The notes under the pieces: generated by a model
Databases searched by the model: none
Told to the model about the DNA's origin: nothing
Seen by the model: the letters and a program-made list of their open reading frames with translations, nothing else
NCBI GenBank assembly: GCA_963665125.2
Contig: CAXXUK010000001.1
Span: 800,001-864,000 of the forward strand
Direction of reading: 5' to 3'
Length of the DNA: 64,000 nucleotides
DNA from: an uncultured Desulfarculus sp.
Lineage (GTDB): Bacteria > Desulfobacterota > Desulfarculia > Desulfarculales > Desulfarculaceae
Shown here: piece by piece, positions 30,753 to 40,059 of the stretch
Layout of the letters: the number at the start of each line of letters is the position of its first letter
Position numbering within the stretch: position 1 is the stretch's first letter
Made by a program: the position numbers and the translations under genes

Positions 30753-31952
30753 ATGAAACCTACAGAGCTGAAAAAAGGTATTTACTGGGTTGGCGCGGTG
30801 GACTGGAATATCCGTGACTTTCACGGCTACTCCACCGAACGCGGCAGCACGTATAACGCCTACCTTATTATCGACGACAAGATTACCCTGGTCGATTGCG
30901 TCAAAAAAGGATTCCAGGGTGATTTGCTGCATAGGGTCCACGAAATAATCGACCCCAAGAAGATTGATTATCTGGTGGTCAATCATGTGGAGATGGACCA
31001 TTCCGGATCGGTGAAAGAGATCATCGAATACACCAACCCGGAAAAGGTCTTTTGCTCCAAGATGGGCGAAAAGGCCCTCAAGGCGCACTACCACATCACC
31101 GATTGGCCTCTGGAGTCCATGAAATCCGGTGATTCCATCAACCTGGGCAAGCGCAACATCAATTTTCTGGAAACGCGCATGCTCCACTGGCCCGACAGCA
31201 TGTTCTCCTATATTCCCGAGGAAAAGCTGCTGATCAGCTCCGACGCGTTCGGCCTGCATTGGGCCACCAGCGAACGCTTCGACGACCATGTGGACAACAA
31301 TGAGTTGATGCAGCACGGCGCAAAATACTTCGCCAATATCCTTATGCCCTACTCGGCTTTGATCCAAAAACTGCTGGCCGACGTCAAGGAAATGGGTCTG
31401 GAGATCGACATGATCGCCCCGGACCACGGCGTGATTTGGCGCGGCGATCCCGGCAAAATCATTGCCGCTTATGACAAATGGTCGCGTCAGGAGCAGACCA
31501 AAAAGGCCCTGGTGATCTACGACACCATGTGGCACAGCACCGAGGCCATGGCCAAGGCCGTGGCCGGCGGCATCCAGGACCAGGGCGTCAGCGTCAAGCT
31601 GATGAACCTGGCCGATTGGCACCGCAGCGACGTTGTCACCGAAATGCTCGACGCCGCGGCATTGGTGTTCGGCTCGGCCACCCTCAACAACAACATGCTG
31701 CCGCGCATGGCCGATATGCTGACCTACATGAAAGGCCTGCGCCCCATGAACAAGATCGGCGCGGTCTTCGGTTCATTCGGCTGGTCCGGCGAGGCGGTCA
31801 AGGACATCACGGCAGTTTTGGAACAGGCCAAGATCGAGATCGTGGCCGACGGAGTCAAGCACCAGTATGTGCCCGACCACGCCGCGCTGCACAAATGCGT
31901 GGAACTGGGCCAGACCGTGGGGCAAAAAGTTATCGAGCGGGTAGGGGGCTGA
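30753..31952 (+). CDS. roo: Flavodiiron protein (rubredoxin:oxygen oxidoreductase / FprA)
   Basis: FHGY..GSTYNAYL, NHVEMDHSG, HWPDSM, SSDAFG, APDHG, YDTMWHST, FGSFGWSG. Confidence 0.93.
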   Translation: MKPTELKKGIYWVGAVDWNIRDFHGYSTERGSTYNAYLIIDDKITLVDCVKKGFQGDLLHRVHEIIDPKKIDYLVVNHVEMDHSGSVKEIIEYTNPEKVFCSKMGEKALKAHYHITDWPLESMKSGDSINLGKRNINFLETRMLHWPDSMFSYIPEEKLLISSDAFGLHWATSERFDDHVDNNELMQHGAKYFANILMPYSALIQKLLADVKEMGLEIDMIAPDHGVIWRGDPGKIIAAYDKWSRQEQTKKALVIYDTMWHSTEAMAKAVAGGIQDQGVSVKLMNLADWHRSDVVTEMLDAAALVFGSATLNNNMLPRMADMLTYMKGLRPMNKIGAVFGSFGWSGEAVKDITAVLEQAKIEIVADGVKHQYVPDHAALHKCVELGQTVGQKVIERVGG

Positions 31953-31957
31953 CCCCA

Positions 31958-32647
31958 TTGGCCGGAAAGGCCATTTTAAAGAAGCGCCTGCGTTCATTGT
32001 TGGCAAACTCCGAAATGGAGGCCGCCGGGGCGCTTCTGGGTGAACTTGGCGGACGCAAGGCCGCCACCCTGCTGCTGGGCCTCATCGCCGATGGCGATGT
32101 GGTGGTGAAATTTCAAGCGGTCAGCGCCTTGGGCCTGGTGGTCCGGGAGCTGGCCGCTTCCGATTTGGAGACCGGCCGCGAGGTCTTGCGGCGGCTGGTT
32201 TGGAGCCTCAACGAAGAGTCAGGCGCCGTGCCCTGGGGCGCACCCGAGGCCATGGGGGAGATCATGGCCAATGACCGCCGCCTGGCCGAGGAATACCTAA
32301 ATCTGCTGATTTCCTACATATGGATCGACGGCAATTACCTGGAGTTCGAGCCGCTGCAGGCCGGAGTGGCCTGGGGAGTGGGACGGGTGGCCCAGGCCTT
32401 TCCAAAACTCGTTCTTGGGCGGGGCGCAGCCGGGCCGCTTTTGGATCATCTGGCCAGCCCCGACGGCCAGGTCAGGGGATGCTGCGCCTGGGCCTTGGGT
32501 TTGTTCGCCGGCCGGCAGGCCTTGCCGGCCCTGGAAGCTCTAACCGGTGACCAGACCGCTTGCGCTGTTTTTCAAGACGGCGCTTTGATTATGACCACGG
32601 TGGGCGAGTTGGCCGCTGATTCCGTTGGATTGGCCTCCCGAGGCTGA
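31958..32647 (+). CDS. HEAT-repeat protein (DVU0298-like)
   Basis: RRLVWSLNEESGAVPWGAPEAMGEI; helical repeats; TTG start just after the roo stop. Confidence 0.72.
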   Translation: MAGKAILKKRLRSLLANSEMEAAGALLGELGGRKAATLLLGLIADGDVVVKFQAVSALGLVVRELAASDLETGREVLRRLVWSLNEESGAVPWGAPEAMGEIMANDRRLAEEYLNLLISYIWIDGNYLEFEPLQAGVAWGVGRVAQAFPKLVLGRGAAGPLLDHLASPDGQVRGCCAWALGLFAGRQALPALEALTGDQTACAVFQDGALIMTTVGELAADSVGLASRG

Positions 32648-32658
32648 ACCGGCTTGGC

Positions 32659-32706
32659 TTGACATCACGGCGGCTGTGTGTGAATATCCGGGCATATTGT
32701 ACACAA
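32659..32706 (+). promoter_or_regulatory. Promoter and GntR-type operator upstream of the gntR-family gene
   Basis: TTGACA-17 bp-GAATAT; TTGTACACAA near-palindrome at 32697-32706. Confidence 0.5.
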
Positions 32707-32732
32707 AAACCGAAAAATAAAATTGAAGGTTT

Positions 32733-33446
32733 ATGGATAAAGATAGCCAAATTATTGAGGAATTAAACAAGTTGGCCGCAGGCGAGGGCTTGACCCGTCG
32801 CAACCTGGGCCAGCAGGTTACCGATCTGGTGCGCAAGCTGGTGGTTTCCGGCAAGCTGAAGATAGGCCAGCGTCTGGTGGAACAGCGCCTGGCCGAGGGC
32901 CTGGGCATCAGCCGCACGCCCGTGCGGGAAGCACTGCACCGCCTGGCTCAGGAAGAACTGCTTAGCAAGCGCACCAGGGGCGGCTACGTGGTCAGGCCGC
33001 TGACGCCCGAAGAGGTCGAGGACGCCGAGGGCCTGCGGGCCGTGCTGGAGGCCTATGCCGCCCAGCGGGCCGCCCAGCGACGGGACCCGGAGGTGATCCG
33101 GGAGATCGAAAACAATCTCGATGCCTTTGATCAGGCGCTGGTGGAGCGCGACGAACAGAAGCTGATCGAGCTCAACAGCGAGTTCCATCATTTGCTGCAC
33201 CAGGCCGCCCAGTCAAAGCTCCTTTCACGGCAGCTCGGCGACTTGGAGACCACGGTGGAGCGAATCTCCAGGGCCCTGATATCCAATATGAGCGCCGGAG
33301 AATGGTCCTGCGACGAACACCGGGCGATCTTACAGGCCATCAAGGACGGCGACTCCGAGCAGGCGGCCGATATCGCCAAGGAACACGTCAGCCGGGGTGG
33401 GTTGTGGATAGTGTCGCGCATGCGCGAAGAAAACCTGGAGCTGTAG
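32733..33446 (+). CDS. GntR/FadR-family transcription regulator (FCD domain)
   Basis: LAEGLGISRTPVREAL wHTH; NSEFH and EHRAIL FCD motifs. Confidence 0.92.
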   Translation: MDKDSQIIEELNKLAAGEGLTRRNLGQQVTDLVRKLVVSGKLKIGQRLVEQRLAEGLGISRTPVREALHRLAQEELLSKRTRGGYVVRPLTPEEVEDAEGLRAVLEAYAAQRAAQRRDPEVIREIENNLDAFDQALVERDEQKLIELNSEFHHLLHQAAQSKLLSRQLGDLETTVERISRALISNMSAGEWSCDEHRAILQAIKDGDSEQAADIAKEHVSRGGLWIVSRMREENLEL

Positions 33447-33447
33447 T

Positions 33448-33834
33448 TTGAACACATCGCTGGTCTGCATCTACATCGGCGGCGGCCTGCATGTGGCCTG
33501 GGTGATTTTTCATCTTTTAGCGCCCCGTATAATGGGCTGGAAACAGGCCTCTGAAAATTGGGACAGCGGCAACCGCAGCTTTTACCAGATGCTCAATATC
33601 AGCATGATCTTTTTCATGTGCGCCTGCGCATATTTTTCCCTGGTGTACGCCCCGGAGTTGTTGCAGCCTGGTATCGGCCGCAAGCTGCTAACATTATTCG
33701 CCGCTTTTTGGCTCTTGCGTTTGGGTTTGCAAAACCGCTTGTTTAAAGTATTCACTCCAATGTCCCTGCTGATGAACCTGGGCTACCTGGCCACCGCAGT
33801 GGTCTATATCATTCCCTTGATGCGGGGCCACTAG
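33448..33834 (+). CDS. Hypothetical 4-TM membrane protein
   Basis: Four hydrophobic segments, FH and FWLLRL..Q motifs; tightly packed between neighbours. Confidence 0.7.
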   Translation: MNTSLVCIYIGGGLHVAWVIFHLLAPRIMGWKQASENWDSGNRSFYQMLNISMIFFMCACAYFSLVYAPELLQPGIGRKLLTLFAAFWLLRLGLQNRLFKVFTPMSLLMNLGYLATAVVYIIPLMRGH

Positions 33835-33846
33835 CGCCGGTTTATC

Positions 33847-34317
33847 ATGCGCAGAACAATCACCACAATAGTCGTTTGCCTGTGTCTGGCCGCCGTTGGG
33901 CCGGCCTGCGCCGAACCGCTTCCTACGGCCATCGTCAGGGTGGGCGGCTACCAGGTCGCAGCCGAGGTTCCGGTGTCTTGGGCCCAGCGGGCCAGGGGCT
34001 TCTCGGGCCGGGAAAGCCTGGCCCCAGGCCAGGGCATGGCCTTTGTCTACCTCCAGCCCCATACGCTTATGATGCACATGAAGGGCATGAAATTCGGCCT
34101 GGATTTCATCTTTTGCCGCAATGGCAGAATCACCCAGATAGAGCGCGGGGTGCGGCCTTCGGAGAGGGCCGTGGAAGTGTCTTCGGACCAGCCGGTGCAT
34201 TTTGTCCTGGAGATCGCCGAAGGCAGGGCCCTGGAGCTGGGCCTGCGTATGGGTGACGATTGCATCATCGAGATTTCCCCGGAATTACGCCGCCGCCTGG
34301 AGCAATTTCAGCAGTAG
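33847..34317 (+). CDS. DUF192-family exported protein
   Basis: Signal peptide, AEV..QRARG.SGRESL..GMAFVY, LDFIF, VLEI. Confidence 0.85.
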   Translation: MRRTITTIVVCLCLAAVGPACAEPLPTAIVRVGGYQVAAEVPVSWAQRARGFSGRESLAPGQGMAFVYLQPHTLMMHMKGMKFGLDFIFCRNGRITQIERGVRPSERAVEVSSDQPVHFVLEIAEGRALELGLRMGDDCIIEISPELRRRLEQFQQ

Positions 34318-34391
34318 TAAAACAATCGTTGCAAAGCGAACGGTTGCTCGGTATTGTGGACCTAGTATTCACAATCACGGGAGCATAACCA

Positions 34392-35483
34392 ATGGCTGAT
34401 ATCTTCATTCCATGGAAAATGGGCAACCTGGATATTCCCAACCGCCTGGTGCGTAGCGCTACCTGGGAGGGCCTGGCCGAGGACGACGGAACGCCGAAAA
34501 TCGAATTGGCCAATCTATCGGCCGAACTGGCCGAGGGAGGCGTGGGCCTGCTTATTTCCGGTTATATGTATGTGCAACCCGAAGGATTGGGTCTGCCCCA
34601 TCAGACGGGCATATTCATGGACGCCCATGTCGGGCCCCTGACCAGGGTCAGCGACGCGGTGCATAAAGCCGGCGGCGTTATCGCGGCCCAGATCGTACAC
34701 GCCGGCGGCCAGACCAAGACCGACTGGACCCGCCAGGAAGCACTGTACGGCCCATCAGCCATTACCCACCCGGCCTTTGGCGGCCAGGTGCATGAAATGA
34801 GCAAGGAGCACATCGCCGGGACGGTCCAGGCCTTTGCAGACGGCGCCGCCAGGGCCAAGGCAGCAGGGTTTGACGCGGTCCAGTTGCATGGCGCCCATGG
34901 GTACCTGATCAACCAGTTTCTGTCGCCCAACACCAACCTGCGCACCGATGAGTACGGCGGCGACATAAACGGCAGGGCCCGTTTCTGCCTGGAGGTCTAC
35001 GAAGCCGCCCGCCAGGCCGTGGGACCGGACTACCCGCTGTTCATCAAACTCAACACCACCGACGCCCTGGAGGGCGGCCTGGAATTCGCCGACGCCTTGG
35101 AAGTGGCCAAGATGCTCGACGCCAGGGGCATCGACGCCATCGAAGTCAGCGGCGGCGTGCCTGCGGCCCGTAAAAACTCGCCTTCACGCATGGTCAAGGA
35201 ACCCTCTGACGAAGGCTATTTCCTGGACAATGCCAAGGCCGTCAAGGACGCCGTCAAGTGCCCGGTGATCGTGGTTGGCGGCTGGCGCAGCAAGCCCCGC
35301 ATCCAGGACGCCCTGGACATCGTCGACGCCGTGGCCATGTCCCGCCCCCTGGTTCGCCAGCCCAACCTGCCCCAGCTGTGGGCCGAGGGCGGCAATGAAC
35401 CGGCGGCCTGCATCTCCTGCGGCAAATGCTTCGGCACGGCCATGTCCGGTCATCTGGCCTGCGCTGTCGAAGCTCAAAAATAG
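34392..35483 (+). CDS. NADH:flavin oxidoreductase (Old Yellow Enzyme family)
   Basis: NRLVRSATWE, GFDAVQLHGAHGYLINQFLSP.TN.RTDEYGG, C-terminal CISCGKC. Confidence 0.92.
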   Translation: MADIFIPWKMGNLDIPNRLVRSATWEGLAEDDGTPKIELANLSAELAEGGVGLLISGYMYVQPEGLGLPHQTGIFMDAHVGPLTRVSDAVHKAGGVIAAQIVHAGGQTKTDWTRQEALYGPSAITHPAFGGQVHEMSKEHIAGTVQAFADGAARAKAAGFDAVQLHGAHGYLINQFLSPNTNLRTDEYGGDINGRARFCLEVYEAARQAVGPDYPLFIKLNTTDALEGGLEFADALEVAKMLDARGIDAIEVSGGVPAARKNSPSRMVKEPSDEGYFLDNAKAVKDAVKCPVIVVGGWRSKPRIQDALDIVDAVAMSRPLVRQPNLPQLWAEGGNEPAACISCGKCFGTAMSGHLACAVEAQK

Positions 35484-35492
35484 TTTGTATTC

Positions 35493-35794
35493 TTGGGGGG
35501 CTTTTTGAAAAAAGCCCCCCAAACCCCCGAAAAACTTCGCGCGAAACAATTTCCGCCTTTGGCGCAAATCGTTTCGCGTCGTTTTTGGGAAATTGGAGGG
35601 CTAATAATCGTTTGTGCATGGTTTCGAGCTACTTGTTTTGTTTGTTTTGCAGCGGGCAAAACAAACAAAACGGGCAATCGCCCCCAAACGCCAAAAAAAG
35701 ACCGGTTATTGTTTGGCTGCATGTCCGACAAACAATAACCGGCAAAGTTCTTTTGGGGGTGCGGGGGTATTTTCTTTCAAGAAAATGCCCCCGC
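35493..35794. repeat. Nested-palindrome element with related inverted terminal units (REPIN/MITE-like)
   Basis: Terminal hairpin-plus-tail units in opposite orientation, three internal hairpins; lies between convergent genes. Confidence 0.65.
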
Positions 35795-35801
35795 TAAACT
35801 A

Positions 35802-36800
35802 TCATGCCGCGCCGGGAATAAAGTCTTTGGGGCGCACCTCGATCAAGCTGATAGCCTCCGTGGGGCACTGGACCAGACAGACGCCGCAACCGAGGCATTT
35901 GTCGGGGTCGACCACACTTTCGCTGCCCTCGTCGCCGGTCCAGCCAATGGCTCCAAAGTGGCATGCGTCGTGGCAGACGCCGCATGCCGTGCATTCGTCT
36001 TGGTCGATTTCGGCCTTGAAGCGGCTGGGATCAACGAACTTGGTGTTGTATTTGAGAAGGATGTCCAGGTTTTCGCAGCAACATGGACAGCAGTTGCAGA
36101 TAACGTGGCCTGGTTTTGTGGTGTTGAACGCTGAGTGGATCAGACCCTGTTCCTCGGCCTGTTTGCAGATGTCGATGGCTTCCTGTTTGGTGACCTCGCG
36201 CCCTGTTCCTCGCTCCAGGGCGTAGAGCGCGCCGTTGTTGAGCTGAATGCAGTTGTAGACCTCACGGTCCCAGCGTTTCATGGTCAGACGGCAGGTGCAG
36301 GCTGTCACGGCCAGGACGTTCGCTTCGTCTATGAGCTCCTTGATGTCTTCGAAACTGAGCACGGCTTGCTTGGCCGGTACTGATATGTTGACCGGGATGA
36401 CCCGCATGCCGGGTTTGGGCATGACCTGCTCAACCTGCTTGGCGAATTCCGGCCATTCCTCATCCATGTATTCAACCCAGAGGTCGAAAAATTCCTGGGT
36501 TGCCTCGGGCCACAGGATCGTGGCGTCATGGAACTGAAAGAAGTCGCGGACCATTCGGTAGGAGATGGGATTGGTCCTTTTATTTTTAAACACAAGACCC
36601 TTGAGGAACAACTCGTCCAGCCGCTCTTGAACCCTTGATTCGTCCAGGTTGAATTTTTCGGCAAGCTCGGGGGCCTGGGCGGGCATAGCCAGCATCATGT
36701 CCGCATCCAATTCATCGGCGATCATGGAGAACAGGCGCGCAATGCGCTCGGAATCACCCATATTGATTTTTAGGGTTAGTGTTTTGTAGCGCTGGTCCAT
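35802..36800 (-). CDS. Fe-S protein with C-terminal 2x[4Fe-4S] ferredoxin domain
   Basis: CTCR, ICNCCPCCC, CTACGVCHDAC, CLGCGVCLVQCP; GAGG SD before ATG 36800. Confidence 0.85.
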   Translation of the reverse strand: MDQRYKTLTLKINMGDSERIARLFSMIADELDADMMLAMPAQAPELAEKFNLDESRVQERLDELFLKGLVFKNKRTNPISYRMVRDFFQFHDATILWPEATQEFFDLWVEYMDEEWPEFAKQVEQVMPKPGMRVIPVNISVPAKQAVLSFEDIKELIDEANVLAVTACTCRLTMKRWDREVYNCIQLNNGALYALERGTGREVTKQEAIDICKQAEEQGLIHSAFNTTKPGHVICNCCPCCCENLDILLKYNTKFVDPSRFKAEIDQDECTACGVCHDACHFGAIGWTGDEGSESVVDPDKCLGCGVCLVQCPTEAISLIEVRPKDFIPGAA

Positions 36801-37034
36801 ATTCTTCCTCTTGTTTAAAGCGATCTGGCTAATATCCCCCATTCATCTGAGTACTGTCTCAATATAACGGGCAGAAAGTCAAGTCCTGTTGCGTAATTGG
36901 TTATGGCGGGCAGGAATTAATATGAGCAATACATGGGCACTAATTAAGGCGTTCACCCTATTTAACGGGTGATCATCCACCCGTAGTATGGGAATTGGTC
37001 AACTTTGAAAAACATCAACAGAGGGGAACTGGTG

Positions 37035-38450
37035 ATGGTTAAGAAAATGACACTTGGTACTCAGGTGTTCGCGGGCTTTGCCGTGGTGCTGGTGCTGATG
37101 ACGGCTGTGTCACTCAGCGGATTGTGGGCCATGGGCAATGTCGCCCACAGCGCCCAGGTCGCCGACCTATGCGGAGATATGATCAACAATCTTCTCGAAG
37201 CGAGAAGGCATGAAAAAAACTACATCATCAGGCTTGATGCCAAATACATAGCCAAGGTTGATAAATCCGTAGAGTCTGTTTTAACGACAGCCGGCATGGT
37301 GGTCGGACAGGTGGATTCCGACGGGGAGCGCGAAGAACTCAATGCCGTTGATCTGCAGACGCGGGCCTACCAAAAGGCTTTTCACGCTTATGCCGACATG
37401 CTGAAGCAAAAGGCCGTCGGTAATGAACAGGCCGAGGATTCAAAGGTTCAGGACGAAGAGGGAAGCGCGATGGTCAAGACCGCTCGGGCCGCCATTGCCG
37501 CCTGCGAGTCCGTGCGAAACCGGCAAAGACAACAGATGGCCGATTACATCTCCAGCGCCAAATGGCAAAACGGCATAGGACTGGGAATAGGCATCAGCAT
37601 CGGCTTGTTGTGCGCTTGGCTTATAACCTTGGCGGTCACCAGGCCCCTGCGCCGGGTAATTGATGTGCTCAGCTCAGGCTCGGCAGAAGTGGCCAATACA
37701 TCCGGCCATGTTTCCCAGGCAAGCCAGACCCTGGCCGAAGGCGCGGGCAGCCAGGCAGCGACGCTAGAGGAAACCTCGGCAACTCTGGAACAGATGAGCG
37801 CCATGATCCGCAACACGGCCGACGGAGCCCAGGAGGCGACCAAGTCACGCAAGGCCGCCCATGCCAAGTTGCAGGAAGCGGCGGATTTGATGCAGCAGGC
37901 CGGATCGGCAATGGACAAGGTTGAGCAGGCTGGCCAGCAAACGGCCAAGGTGGTCAAGGCCATCGATGAGATTGCGTTCCAGACCAACATGCTGGCTCTG
38001 AACGCGGCGGTGGAGGCTGCCAGGGCCGGAGACGCCGGAAACGGATTCGCCGTGGTGGCCGAGGAAGTGCGCAACCTGGCTCTGCGGGCGGCCGATGCCG
38101 CGCGCAACACCCAAAACCTGATCCAGGGATCGGTGCAAGACATCGTCGAGGGTGCTGCTCTGGTGGCCAGGGCCAAGGATTCTTTCGATATTGTAGTGGA
38201 TCACAACACCGAGGTCGGCCGGCTCGTGGATCAGATCGCCGAGGCGTCCCAGGAACAGGCTCTGGGCGTGGAACAGATGAGCGATTCCGCCTCATCCATG
38301 AACGGCATCACCCAGCATGTCGCGGCCAGCGCCGAACAGGCCGCTGTGGCCGCCGAACAACTCAACGCCCAGGCCGTGGAGATGCAGCAGGTGGTGTTGA
38401 CCATAACCAAGATGATAAACGGCGGGAGGGCTAATAGTCTTCACCGCTGA
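37035..38450 (+). CDS. Methyl-accepting chemotaxis protein
   Basis: 2 TM, periplasmic helical bundle (ARRHEKNY), IAFQTNMLALNAAVEAARAG..GFAVVAEEVRNLA. Confidence 0.93.
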   Translation: MVKKMTLGTQVFAGFAVVLVLMTAVSLSGLWAMGNVAHSAQVADLCGDMINNLLEARRHEKNYIIRLDAKYIAKVDKSVESVLTTAGMVVGQVDSDGEREELNAVDLQTRAYQKAFHAYADMLKQKAVGNEQAEDSKVQDEEGSAMVKTARAAIAACESVRNRQRQQMADYISSAKWQNGIGLGIGISIGLLCAWLITLAVTRPLRRVIDVLSSGSAEVANTSGHVSQASQTLAEGAGSQAATLEETSATLEQMSAMIRNTADGAQEATKSRKAAHAKLQEAADLMQQAGSAMDKVEQAGQQTAKVVKAIDEIAFQTNMLALNAAVEAARAGDAGNGFAVVAEEVRNLALRAADAARNTQNLIQGSVQDIVEGAALVARAKDSFDIVVDHNTEVGRLVDQIAEASQEQALGVEQMSDSASSMNGITQHVAASAEQAAVAAEQLNAQAVEMQQVVLTITKMINGGRANSLHR

Positions 38451-38772
38451 CCCCGCCGCGGCGGGCCTTGACCTGGGCGCGGCGCCTCTTGGCCTCCAGG
38501 CGTTTTTTACGGGCCGCCCGGCTGGGCTTGGTGGGTCGCCTGATTTTAACGGGCCTGTCCAGTTCGCTTAGGCGCTGGGCCAGCCGCAACAGGGCCGCCT
38601 GCATGTTCTGGTGCCTGCTGCGGCGCTCGGTGGCGGTCACCACCATGCCGGTTGGCAGATGAGTCAGGCGTACGCCGGTTTCGGTCTTGTTGCGGTGTTG
38701 TCCGCCGGGGCCCGAAGCCTTGAAAAAGGTCCAGTCCAGTTCATTGTCCGGGGGGATGGGGTAGCGGGGCAT
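38431..38772 (-). CDS. arfB: Alternative ribosome rescue peptidyl-tRNA hydrolase (ArfB/YaeJ-like)
   Basis: ASGPGGQHRNKTETGVRL GGQ domain plus basic tail RRPTKPSRAARKKRLEAKRRR. Confidence 0.82.
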   Translation of the reverse strand: MPRYPIPPDNELDWTFFKASGPGGQHRNKTETGVRLTHLPTGMVVTATERRSRHQNMQAALLRLAQRLSELDRPVKIRRPTKPSRAARKKRLEAKRRRAQVKARRGGVSGEDY

Positions 38773-38778
38773 CAGAAT

Positions 38779-39567
38779 CTACTTATCCCGGGGCAGGCGC
38801 TTGTCGCGCTCCACATAGGCATAGGCGCTGTGGTTGTGGATGGACTCGAAGTTTTCGCTGTCCACCGAATACCAGGTGATGTTGTCGTCCTGCTCCATCT
38901 TACTGGCTACTTCGCGAACGATATCCTCGACGAACATGGGATTATCGTAAGCCGTCTCGGTGACGTACTTTTCGTCTTCGCGCTTGAGCAGGGAAAACAC
39001 CTCGCAACTGGCCGATTCTTCCACCAGGCGGATCAGGTTTTCAATCCAGATGAACTTTTTGTAGCGAACGGCCAAACGGACAATGCCGCGCTGGTTGTGG
39101 GCGCCGTCGCTGCTGATTTCCCTGGAGCAGGGGCACAATGTGGTGACCGGCACGGAAATCTGCACCACAAGGTCCATGCCGCTGCCGTTGAGGCTGCCCC
39201 GGAAAGCCGCGTTGTATTCCATCAGGCCCAGCGCGCCGCTGACAGGGGCGGCCTTTTCAATGAAGTAGGGGAACTCGACTTCGATGTGGGCGCTTTGGGC
39301 ATTGAGGCGGGTTTTCATCTCCTGGAGGATGCCCGGCAGCTTTTCAAGGCTCATATTGTTTGAGCGCTCGGCCAGGATCTCCACAAAGCGGCTCATGTGG
39401 GTGCCCTTGTACTGATGGGGCAGATTGACATACATGTTGATTGAGGCCACTGTTTGTTGGGTTACATTGGCCTGGTCCAGCACGGTGATGGGATACCGGA
39501 TATTTTTCACGCCCACTTTGTCGATGGGAATGTTCCGGTCGTCTCTTTGGCTTTGTACGTCTTTCAT
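38779..39567 (-). CDS. folE2: GTP cyclohydrolase IB
   Basis: DVQ, KGTHMSRF, TLCPCS, AHNQR, LKREDEK, NPMFVED, ESIHNHSAYA. Confidence 0.95.
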   Translation of the reverse strand: MKDVQSQRDDRNIPIDKVGVKNIRYPITVLDQANVTQQTVASINMYVNLPHQYKGTHMSRFVEILAERSNNMSLEKLPGILQEMKTRLNAQSAHIEVEFPYFIEKAAPVSGALGLMEYNAAFRGSLNGSGMDLVVQISVPVTTLCPCSREISSDGAHNQRGIVRLAVRYKKFIWIENLIRLVEESASCEVFSLLKREDEKYVTETAYDNPMFVEDIVREVASKMEQDDNITWYSVDSENFESIHNHSAYAYVERDKRLPRDK

Positions 39568-39648
39568 AGGAATATCTCGTTGGCTGCGATTATAGTGAGA
39601 GATGCGGTTTAGTCAAGCAAAGCTCGACTTTTTTATGGGAGGATCAAA

Positions 39649-40050
39649 TTGAGCGAAAACCTGCACCACACCCATTTGATGGCCTCGGACATAGACGCCA
39701 GTATTGATTTTTTCGTTAAGTTCTTTGGCGCGAAGGTTGTATTGGATCAGGACATGGCCGGAGCCCGTAATGTTTTCATGAAGATAGGCTGCGGCAGACT
39801 GCATTTTTACGAGCAGCCGCCCCAAGGCGACAGGCGCGGCCAGGTGCACCACCTTGGCATTCAAACCGACGACCTGGAGGGATTGGTGTGGCGGTTGAAA
39901 GAAGGCGGCGTGAAGATCCCAAAGCCCATCCAGGACTTCGGATCGTGGAAGTACGTCATGGCTCCGGCGCCGGACAACATGTTGCTGGAGCTATTTCAGG
40001 TTGATATGAACAACTTGCTCCCGGGCTTGGAAGATTATTTTTGCGGCTAG
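39649..40050 (+). CDS. VOC/glyoxalase-family protein
   Basis: LHHTHL, HHLGI, PDNMLLELFQ; GGAGG SD, TTG start. Confidence 0.85.
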   Translation: MSENLHHTHLMASDIDASIDFFVKFFGAKVVLDQDMAGARNVFMKIGCGRLHFYEQPPQGDRRGQVHHLGIQTDDLEGLVWRLKEGGVKIPKPIQDFGSWKYVMAPAPDNMLLELFQVDMNNLLPGLEDYFCG

Positions 40051-40059
40051 GCCGCGGGA

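Noticed and set aside
35493..35794. CRISPR array or short ORFs (35426-35797, 35474-35731, 35493-35738)
   Set aside because: Repeats are inverted rather than direct with spacers, and no cas genes are present; the ORFs are low-complexity translations of the palindromes.
27753..39567. queC plus folE2 as a deazaguanine DNA-modification (dpd) island
   Set aside because: The genes are 10 kb apart in housekeeping contexts, with no dpdA/tgt-like, queD or queE genes nearby.
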